Source: Macrostomum lignano (Eukaryota). Taken from it: 25,706 nucleotides of DNA. The stretch is taken from the NCBI GenBank assembly GCA_002269645.1, contig NIVC01005118.1, forward strand, positions 1 through 25,706, written 5' to 3'. Every line of letters begins with the position of its first letter. Position 1 is the stretch's first letter. Below are positions 9,001 to 18,242 of this stretch, one piece after another. The notes under the pieces are model-generated. The model searched no databases and was not told the DNA's origin. It was given only the letters and a program-made list of their open reading frames with translations. The position numbers and the translations under genes are program-made.

Positions 9001-12000
9001 GATGCCAATCAAGTCCCGCGCAAGACCTGCATAAGTTGAGGGTAGCTAGTTAAGAAATTTTCGTTCAAAAACAATACATTTTACGAGAAACGTAAAAAAC
9101 GATATGATTGACGCTGAAACGTTTTGAATCAATCACATGGTTATGTACTAAAAGCGTCTCTGATAATATGCAAATTAATATGTGTTTTCAATAATTATTT
9201 TCAGTTTAATCGGCACCTCAGTTACCTCGAATCTGGTAGATGTAAATCTTAGCAGTTCGATCGCCTCTTGAGTCGAACTTTACTCGACCCTGAAAGTTAT
9301 GCAATAATTGCGATTGCAGTTATAAACAGTTTCATAAAAAAACCTTACAAGCATAAGCAAGGTTTTACCATAGACAAACTAACAGAAGCCGTACAGAATA
9401 AAACTGACTCATGGGGGCCAACCCCCAAGACACGCAGAGCGTACATGTCAAAGGAATAAAATTTCAGGACCCTGTGCACCCTGTGTGAGTGTGTGTATGA
9501 GTGCGTGCCTGAAATCTAAAATAAAGAATCTCTTTGAAGCACTCAAATTATGAGGTGTCAGATATCATTAAGTGCGAATATTGGTTAGGTTAGACCGTCT
9601 TTTCAAGACAAAATCACCCACCGACAGACCAGCAAAGTCCAGACGAAGAACGTTGCTAAATAGCCGGCGTTTGAATGCGTCATCGCCAAGCTGCACAGGT
9701 TGAGCCGTGTAGTTCCCACCGTCGGCCAGGGTGGCATTAATGGCCAGGGCGGCGGCCATGACCGCGTCGAAACGAAGGTCGAAGCCGAGAATGCTCGTCT
9801 GCTGTGGTGCCACCGTCTGGTTACCGAATTCCAGCATAAAATCCTGGAAGCTTTCGTTCCGGGTCTGAAATTTTACAAAAAGAGTTATCTAAGGTTTTCA
9901 TCCGAGTCCGGACAGACTCATTTGAACAGTAGGTTGACGTAGCGCACGATGGCTTGCTTCAATATCGGCAACGAGTGAGTTACAAGCGCTGACTCTGTAT
10001 CTCTGTGAACGCTTGGTCCATCTAAGCGACCTGTTGCGCCCTTGGCGACTCCAACTGGAAGGTTCCGCTCTCGCGTTCACGTTCGCGTTGAGTAGCTGAA
10101 CGCTGAAGGCAGTCATACTCGTATGCGAGATAATATTGAGCCGACGCTCCAACCACTAGTCTACAACCCCTCTGGCTACAACCTAAATGAAATGACTCAA
10201 TTTGTTATGATGCAAACGAACAAACGAAAAATGAACGAATCAAATTCGGGAAACTTTTGAGTTGGATTTTGACCTAGCAGTGAGCTTACCCGACCAGTGA
10301 TGTCGGCAGGGTGAATCACAGCAGGATCATTGACGTCGCTATCGAATTCAATAGAGCCCTCCATGGCAAGCTGCCTATCGGAGTCTGGGCAGGACTGCTC
10401 AACTTGCATCCGGCTTGTGAATGGAAAGCCAATCTGCAGCCACTGGTACTTTGGGCCATAGGCGCCAATCTTTTTGATCTGCGGAACAGGTAGACGTTGA
10501 TTTGAAGTTCTACGAGCGTATTACGACGTACAGAGCCCTAGTTTTTGTTTTATTAATTGTAACACAATAATCAATTTTACGAAGAGAACGTAACACTTCA
10601 AGTCAGATTACAGACAAAACAAGTTACACTTGGACATCAAAGAGCAGGGGTTATCGCGTTTTACACAGGCGCCAAAGGTGCCAAAGGCGTCAGTGCCCAA
10701 GCTTCCTGAAGACTTATTAACTATCTAATTGAAACTAAATTCGATCCTAGTTCCGAACATTACAGATCTATCTCGCTAATGAATTTCAACGCGAAATATT
10801 TCAAGCCATAAAAATTCAACTCACTAGACAGTCGAATCGTTTGTCTGGACTCTCTTCGGCCATGCTGCGCACCACAACAAAGATTCGAATGTCATTTTTC
10901 TGCGTAGAAAAAAAGATAAAACCGTTATAAGTTCTGTGCGCACCGTTGATTTATAAACTACTTGAGTAGCTACTCTTACCACAAGTCGATTGATGGCGTC
11001 AGTGGCGTCGTTGCTAAAGATTGCTTTCTGATAGGACGTGATGTTCTGCGCAGTCAGAGTGGCCTCCAGCTCCAGTGTTATCTACGGAACAGGGTTGATT
11101 TTTTCGGGTGCTTGTACGAGGGTCATACTGAAAGTCTTGAGACCTGGCCAGTTGATTTCTTTATCAGAACTTCTCAAGTTGTTCTCAATTGCCTGTATGC
11201 ATTTGGCTATCCTCTCAGACCAACTCGCGAAGGTTCCAACCCACTTCTCCTGAGACAACTCCATGAGAGCATCTTCGTAGATTACTAAAATTGAGTTCCT
11301 CGCACTCTTGACGTGATTGAAGCGAAAGACGTCGCAGGATTCTAGGTCAGGAGAATAAGACGGATTTGAGAGACGTTGTCTGGCATCCAAACGGCACATC
11401 GCTGGGTGACACCCAGATTGATCGTTCGATATGGATGTCACTGTTGCCGATTCAATGCCGAGCGTCTCTCGAATCTCCTGGATGTCACTCTCCTGTCCTT
11501 CACAACCGTTCTCTTTGCAGCATTTTCCTTTGTCACTGCAGTTGATTGGCGTCCTGACCGACTCTCATCTTCAAGACTGCTTCTGCCCCGCTTGCTCTCA
11601 GCGAATCAGCGAAATATTGTGGAACTCTAGAAGGTGCAGTGTACCAAAAACAGAGCAACACAATGCTCTTACACTAACCCCTCAGGTTGGTCATAACAGC
11701 AACATGGTTAGTTTCATGTCCCAATTGCTGCAATTGGATTACGCTTTTTACTTAAAATCGCTACGTATAAAGACAGGTTGTGCCAGAGACAACACGCAAA
11801 TTTCGGACTGAGAAACTCGACTGAAAAACAAGCTTAGAATACTTATACACAACAAAAGGAAGTATATAATCTTTGTCTGTTCTTTTGGTTCCTATGGCAG
11901 AGAAAGGCCGAGGACGCTGTTCTCAGGCCGAGGCGAAGCCGAGGCCTTAGAATTGCGTCCGAGGTCTTTCTGCCATAGACACCAAAAGAACAGACGAAGA

Positions 12001-15000
12001 TCGTACTTAATCTACAGATATTGGAAGCGACTGGGAGTGGGAGTGAGGTATTCGTCAAAAGCGGGGGTGTGGGGGCGCAGCCCCCCCACATTTAACCATA
12101 AACATAAAAATTAAAGTAAAAGATTCGATGCTTAAATTAAAAGCGATAAAGGAAAGGTTTGGGCAGCTTGGGCACACCCCAGATCATGAGCGCTGCCTTC
12201 CGTGCATCTATAAAATCAACGACGGCTACCGACCGGAGCAATGTAAGCACGAGAACCTCTTTCTGACTTGGTTTCGAAGTGAGTCTGCCATTAAGAGCGA
12301 CAGATTGTACCAGAATGGACCTATCGGCCGGAATACTCTCGACTCCATTGTGGCGAATATCACCAAGCCCGTGTCTACGGATGGTAAATTCTCAAACCAG
12401 TCTCTAAGGAAGACATGTGCCAGCACGTTGCATCGGGCTGGACTGGCTAGGGACGATATAGCCCGCGTCACTGAACATTCGTCCAACGCAATTGAGAGTT
12501 ACATACGGCTAGACGTCCAGGACCATTCGCGTATGACCTACGCTCTACACGCCGGAGGAGCCGTGGAGTCCAATGGGCGGACCAATGAGCAAGATGTCGT
12601 GTCTGAGGGTACTACCAAGAAGATGCGCATGACTGTCCACGGTGACACCAACACCGTAGAAATCATGTTCGATGAATCGGCAAGAATGAATCGGTCTTTA
12701 CTGCTGTTGATAGTTTATACTTCTAATGGACTAACTGACAAATTATAGTCGTATAAAATGTTCTCAGGCCTTGTTATTAGGCCTGTTAACCGGTTAACAG
12801 GCCTCGTTTTGAGTTCTTAGGCTTCGTTTTTAGTGAGGTTTGGCCATAGACTATCGTTCCACTAGAAAAGAAGGAGCCTAGGAATTTAGTGTGAACCGTC
12901 ATATATGTAGGTTAAGCATCAGTAAATTCTTTCTAGCTTTAGAAAATCAGATTTGACTCGATCACTGCTGGGCACAGACGCTATAGGCAGAAGTTGCAGA
13001 AGAGACAGATGAGGCAGCAATAACCGTCCCGGGCGAAAACCGATCCAGAAGATTCTGTTTTTTGTCTTCATTCGCCCGAGTGGAAAGCCTATTTAAGTAA
13101 AGACTTAAGAGAATAAAGCTCTGAATATTCTATTGTATGGGTAATTGTTAAAACAAATTGCATTGGCATGAGATGTACGAGCAAAAGCTTCTATAATTAT
13201 ACTATATTGAGCCCGGATGAAGAATTGGGAAACGAAGGCTACAATAAAAAATTCTCCCTTTCAATTCCGATATCGTATGAGTCTACTTCAGCACGTAATT
13301 CCCTGCTTAGCTATCGGCTGTCAACAGCTATAGAAAAGCCCATTGAGCAGCCCTAAATATTTTAAAACATGCTCGCTTGATCATACAAAATTGCTATCCT
13401 ATCATCTCATTACCATCTTCTCTCCGATAAAAGCAACGATTATTACTTGACGGATTCCGTTTTGTTCCGCTGTATTGAACGCAAAATAGATTAGTTGAAA
13501 GGACCATGCTTGCCTAAAAGCAATTTTAGGCGTTTTTATTTTGTTTTTTTAGAAATACTTGATCAAATTTTCTGACGTTGCATGATATTGTTAGTTAACA
13601 TAGGCATCACGGAGCTGCATGTGACCGAATTTTACAGGCGCAGATTTAAACCAAGTTACATGTAAATGCTGCATTGGCTGACTTCACGACCATGGATAAA
13701 TTGAATTCAGCTTTGTCCCTTTTTACAACTTGCTTAGATTATTTAAGTTGTAATGCGTATGAGCCCGAATAGACTGTAGAAACTTGATACTTATTTCATA
13801 GCGTGACACTGTAGTTAACACATATAAATGCACAAAACTTCCGTATAGCATATTTAAACTGCAAAGTTTGTTTTAACTAATCCAAGATAAACATACCGGA
13901 TAAAAAATTGGCGAATCTGTAGTGATAATTCCAATCTTTTTCCAGCGGAACAGTTTTAGTAGGTTAACAGCTGGCGCAATATATATGCTATTGGTGATGG
14001 CCATTCTGATGAAGAACGGATAAGTTGCCTTGTCGCTTAGAGCTGGCGATGTGTTCGAGTACCCGATCTGGATGAGAGCAATCAGTAGTGGTTGGCTGGG
14101 TGATTCGTCATTTATTTAGAAAGCCACTTGCTCGAGAGTGACTTCTATGACTCGTATTTAGCATGGCACTTAGGAATCATAACCCCTTCCAGTTGGTTAA
14201 TTACACTCTCACGGAAGTCCTACATTGCATTACTTTATTGCATTTTTATTTAAGCTCACCTGAGGCAGGTAATAATACTGAGCCAGGTCAGCAACAACCT
14301 GGGACTGATGAGAGTAGGTCGCTCCCAGCAATATCGCCTTGTTAAAGCCCCTCAGGTAGCCGTCAATGAATGCTTTGGAAGCGCTCCCAGATTTTTGCTG
14401 CGGAAGAAAATCGAAACAAAGCTAATATTTGTTTTATTAGAATGCGCTTCTGTGTTGCCTGGCGATTGTTGTCTCGGGGATAAGCAGTGCCAGTGAGCAG
14501 GGGGGGGGTGCAAAACTTGCTTTTACAGCCTATGTGGATGCATAGTGTGGATGTTTGGATAACTGCAATAATTTAAAAAGCATTCAGCATTCGTGAATTG
14601 TCAAATTGAAATTTCGTTAATATTAATTGGACAAATCTGACTGCATGCGTTGAGAGACATTGAAACCGGTAGCATACATACGCTCGTACTTGTGTTTTTG
14701 CTCCATTGCTTATTCTTATACAAGTGTACCGTATTGATTTGGCAGCAGCAAAAAGTAGCTGCAGAAACAAAGAGAAAAAGAAACAGGCCTACCAGATCAA
14801 ACGATCAGAAAGAGAGAGACGAATCTTTACTTTCCTTGTTGGGACACAACGAGAGGTCCCAACAAGCAAGTTCTGAGCAAATGGCATCGACCTCCGGAAG
14901 TCAAAGAGGCGAAAAACTAATTGCCAAGAGTACATGTAAAAGCAACAAATTAATTTCAAGTGAGCATTCAGCAGCAATAGCAGCACTGACCCCTGCAGCG

Positions 15001-15221
15001 AATCGAAACTCCGGCACCAGCTGCATCGTCGGAAACAAATCCTCGCGACTGTTCACGTAGTCGATCGAATAGTTCAAGAAGAAGACATCGTTGTAAAACA
15101 GTTCGGCTGTGCTGCCTACGAGCAGGATGTGAACCGACTGTCGCGACGGGGCGGCCAGGTGGACGCTTCTCTCCGACATTTGGCTGCATAGAATTATGGC
15201 TATGGATATTAGAAATCGCAT
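5355..15221 (-). CDS. Class C GPCR, GABA-B-receptor-like (signal peptide + Venus flytrap + 7TM, no Cys-rich domain); 14 coding exons, 2247 nt, 748 aa
   Basis: Exons (minus strand): 15221-14991, 14397-14260, 14067-13897, 11081-10980, 10899-10825, 10478-10290, 9864-9622, 9289-9226, 9026-8949, 7819-7434, 7108-6986, 6891-6795, 6501-6263, 5465-5355. All are GT-AG with matching phases and no internal stop. Motifs include IGYSNTSPALSDKATYPFF, AYGPKYQW, FDAVMAAALAIN, IRLSSPYVN, FGGMLAKTWRVHRIF, AWETR...[13 protein letters not shown]. Confidence 0.92.
5553..6077. repeat. (TTAG)n / (CTAA)n tetranucleotide microsatellite in the last GPCR intron
   Basis: About 130 units with TCAG, ATAG and AATTTG interruptions. 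Confidence 0.97.
6263..6501 (-). CDS. GPCR exon 13 (TM5-TM7)
   Basis: aattgcag|(A)[33 protein letters not shown]...LLVFGGK|gtgagc; 239 nt. Confidence 0.93.
6795..6891 (-). CDS. GPCR exon 12 (ECL2, start of TM5)
   Basis: ttccatcag|EVVSDGTLIQQTLTVCRCNNNWLWKGIIIGMK-G|gtactg; 97 nt. Confidence 0.88.
6986..7108 (-). CDS. GPCR exon 11 (TM4)
   Basis: ctcgcag|AIKDWHLFIVILVIILLDAVILTAWGVADPYKLLVLQLKDQ|gtaagg; 123 nt. Confidence 0.92.
7180..7405. repeat. Intronic compound repeat of 15-bp units (ACCACCTCTGCTTCT, ACAAACTCAACTTAT) including a duplicated ~75-bp block
   Basis: Directly visible in GPCR intron 7109-7433. Confidence 0.85.
7434..7819 (-). CDS. GPCR exon 10 (TM1-TM3)
   Basis: ttcatcag|(G)GSAPVDSPRL...IRLSSPYVN...FGGMLAKTWRVHRIFTNKQLRKL|gtaagg; 386 nt. 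Confidence 0.93.
8949..9026 (-). CDS. GPCR exon 9
   Basis: ttatgcag|(G)LARDLIGIYEPTTGATDWQKSFWFA-G|gtgaga; 78 nt, phase 1/1. Confidence 0.87.
9226..9289 (-). CDS. GPCR exon 8
   Basis: actttcag|GRVKFDSRGDRTAKIYIYQIR-G|gtaact; 64 nt. Confidence 0.9.
9622..9864 (-). CDS. GPCR exon 7
   Basis: aatttcag|TRNESFQDFMLEF...FDAVMAAALAINATL...LDFAGLS|gtgggt; 243 nt. Confidence 0.88.
10290..10478 (-). CDS. GPCR exon 6
   Basis: ttccgcag|IKKIGAYGPKYQWLQIGFPF...CPDSDRQLAMEGSI...ITGR|gtaagc; 189 nt. Confidence 0.9.
10825..10899 (-). CDS. GPCR exon 5
   Basis: ttttctacgcag|KNDIRIFVVVRSMAEESPDKRFDCL|gtgagt; 75 nt. Confidence 0.87.
10980..11081 (-). CDS. GPCR exon 4
   Basis: ttccgtag|ITLELEATLTAQNITSYQKAIFSNDATDAINRLV|gtaaga; 102 nt. 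Confidence 0.85.
11115..11835 (-). mobile_element. Internally deleted mariner remnant with only one TIR seen
   Basis: TA at 11115-11116 followed by mariner-type end CGAGGGTCATACTGAAAGTCTTGAGACCTGGCC. The minus strand gives a degenerate HTH region (LEDESRSGRQSTAVTKEN) joined almost directly to PSYSPDLESCD (YSPDLAPxD motif); the DDD core is missing. Confidence 0.85.
11843..12850 (+). mobile_element. Crypton-like (tyrosine-recombinase DNA transposon) remnant; boundaries approximate
   Basis: Contains a truncated YR ORF, a 129-bp hairpin near its left end, a 26-bp perfect palindrome near its right end, and a shared 12-bp direct repeat. It abuts the truncated mariner end. Confidence 0.65.
12128..12748 (+). 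pseudogene. C-terminal half of a Crypton/DUF3504-type tyrosine recombinase
   Basis: ERCLPCIYK...YRP...LFL...PIGRNTL...FSNQSLRKTCASTLHRAG...VTEHSSNAIESY matches RCPV..Y..RP / G.N.L / NHSLR.T.A..L...G / TGH.S...L..Y, with H>Q in HxLR and G>E before the second His. The N-terminal part is absent. Confidence 0.8.
13897..14067 (-). CDS. GPCR exon 3
   Basis: ctcatccag|IGYSNTSPALSDKATYPFFIRMAITNSIYIAPAVNLLKLFRWKKIGIITTDSPIFYP|gtatgt; 171 nt. Confidence 0.92.
14260..14397 (-). CDS. GPCR exon 2
   Basis: ttccgcag|QKSGSASKAFIDGYLRGFNKAILLGATYSHQSQVVADLAQYYYLPQ|gtgagc; 138 nt. Confidence 0.88.
14991..15221 (-). CDS. GPCR exon 1 (signal peptide and VFT start)
   Basis: MRFLISIAIILCSQMSERS...YVNSREDLFPTMQL...FAAG|gtcagt; 231 nt. 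Confidence 0.8.
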
Positions 15222-15430
15222 CGTTAACAGAGTAGAGGAGCTTTGCGGCTGGCTTTTAGCAAATACGCCGTATTCCTGGTCAGGATATCTACTCTTCCTG
15301 TCCCTAGGAGACACTCCTGGTTTCTCTTCTGCAGATATTTAATCCTTACAAAACGGTATATGCTCCATACAGAGCAGCGTCTTATTGGATAGATAATGCC
15401 ACAGCCAATTGACGGTGATGCCATAGGAAC

Positions 15431-15870
<440 letters not shown>

Positions 15871-16770
15871 CATATATGATTAATATTGCAGAGGTAGCTA
15901 CTTACAATTAAACTGGTATGAAATATTGTATTTTGATTGGGAAATTTGTTTGCCTTGGCCTGTGTTCAATTCATCGTCACACTGCTCGTGACTTACTCTT
16001 TCGCTATCTATCTACTTTATGAACTTTCATAACGCCCACAATTGCTGCCTGCTATAGTTGATGATATTTTATAAATTTCACGTCTTAATCGTTCCCTAAC
16101 TGAAATTTCCCGGTCAATTAGCCAGAGGGACTTGTTGCCGGTTCTCTCATAAGCGTCGTTGCTGTGCATTTTTAATATTGCATCAAAAAATTAAAAAAGT
16201 GGTAAGAAAACTTAGTGAAGGAACTTTGCATCCTACGAGGTACGAGATTAGGCTTCGCGGAATGACAGCTGTACCTCTACTATCGTAGGCGGTTTTGCAT
16301 ATCGGTTATACAGTAAAGAGGTTAGTGTATCTATAGTGTCTGTTACATCTGAGCCGTGTTTATGAGTTGTCCCAATGCTTCTCTACAGTCTTCTCCACCG
16401 CTTGACACACACAAGTTGCGGCCCGAGCTTTAGAGAATAAGAAAGCTGGCATGAAGAATGCTGGGCTGCTTGCTGCACTGTACTGGAGTTCTTGTTGGGT
16501 TTAGGGCTTTTGCAGCACAATAAAGAGCAAGGCAGAAAGGCAAATCGTACCCGCACACTCGCACACACCCAATTGCGACTGGCAGACAATGAGATTTCGG
16601 TCTGTAAGCTCGAAACGACCCTCGAGGCTTTCTGCTTTTCTTTATAACAGCAAAAATGCCCAGCTTTAGAGCCACTTAGTGCAAGAAAAAAGAAGCTTGT
16701 TGAGTAAAATTTACTGGATACTTCTATATTACTGGCCCCCTGCTGACATCATCGATTTATCGAGGTCATA

Positions 16771-18242
16771 ATGCATCTGGTGCGTCTATACTTCTGCTGG
16801 TCCTACCATCGTGTATTTCAGTTTTTCCTAGCGTTGTCGCATCGTCCTCGGGCCAGCTGGGGCCGAAGAACACCATCTACGATGGCCTACTGGCTTATTT
16901 ATTTGAAAACGAGACAACGCCGTACAAGGCGAACGCTATGCCAATCTGCGAGCTGGGAAAGAAGCTGAAGATTCAACAGGATATGCTGCTTATTCAGCTG
17001 TTCGATCTTGACGAACCAACCCAGATGCTCACGGTTGACGTCTGGGTTGAATCGACATGGAAAGACTGTCGGCTGACATGGGATCCGAAGCGCTTTAACA
17101 ATATTGATAACTTTGTCATCAAGGCGGAGGAGATCTGGTACCCCGATCTTATATTCTACGAGTCTCTGCACGGAAACTTCGAAGAGGGCATGTTCATCTA
17201 CGGCGAGTCCAAGGCCAGAATCTTTAGCGATGGCTCCATTCAGCTAGGAGCTCAGGCTGTGTTCAAGTCTTTCTGTCGGATCAACATAGCACAGTTTCCG
17301 TACGATAGACAGCGCTGCAACATCACGTTCAGTTCTTGGACGAAGGATACCAGCAATTTCTTGCTTGTCAAGAAAGAAGAAGCGCCCGGCAAAAAAGAAG
17401 ATCATGCTTTTGTCAGTGCCAGCAACGGTGAGTGGATGGTGGAGGGTTTCCCGTCCTTCGATCGCGTAGCGGACAGAAAAGTCGGTCTCGATGAAGCTTC
17501 TGGTCGTTCGAGACAATATAGCGAGGTTGCTTTCCAACTGCGGCTCAAGCGAAAGTACATGTTCCAGCAGGTCTATATGCTGTTCCCGTGCATGCTGCTC
17601 ACTTGGCTGACGCTATTCGTCTTTATCATGCCAACCGAGTGCGGCGAGAAGATAGCTTACGTCACCACTATTCTACTGTCGTTGATGGTTTTCCTATTGA
17701 TGGTGTCGGACAACATTCCCCGATCAGGCGACGCTGTACCGGTGCTAGGAATCTACTTCTGCATAGCCATAGCACTAGTGAGCCTCGCCAACATCAAGAC
17801 TATAATCAGCTACAACATATCGCTGAAGGGTAAGGACTTCTGCATGCCAGCCTGCTTCATTAAGATACTGGAAAGCGGCAAGTACGTCGGATTGCCGCTG
17901 ACGCATCACAATGAGGCCGCTGTCAAAGTCATCTCGTTCGCGATGAAGCCACGCCAGGCCGGACAGAATCCGGTGACGCGTCACGAGGATTCCGAGGTGC
18001 CGCTGTCGACGACAAACCCAGAGAGTCATTTCGGACAGGACGAGAATAAATGGCGTTTTCTAGGAATCATTTTGGACAGAGTTTTTCTCATCATTTACTT
18101 TGTCTTGAATCTGGCTGTGTCAATATGGATTTTGACCAGAGCGACTAGAAGAATGAATTCGATTAGGTTTGAGCGACTGCTGCCGTGTTTCGATCTTCCA
18201 AATGTTGTCAAGTTGAACAAAAATTGTAAGTACGAGCTATGA
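16771..18242 (+). CDS. Intronless Cys-loop ligand-gated ion channel subunit, nicotinic acetylcholine receptor-like, non-alpha, predicted cation-selective; apparent 1-nt deletion near 16788
   Basis: The frame of ORF 16938 is open back to 16704 and encodes a signal-like ILLLVLPSCISVFPSVVA; the nearest ATG (16771) is one base out of frame. Motifs: WYPDLIFYE, Cys-loop CRINIAQFPYDRQRC (C-x13-C), SSWT, four TMs with ECGEKIAYVTTILLSLMVFLL, and DRVFLIIY; no vicinal CC in loop C. Confidence 0.9.

Noticed and set aside
13410-13470. Candidate GPCR exon IIVAFIGEKM in intron 3
   Set aside because: The acceptor phase does not fit, and exons 11081-10980 and 10899-10825 already complete the domain.
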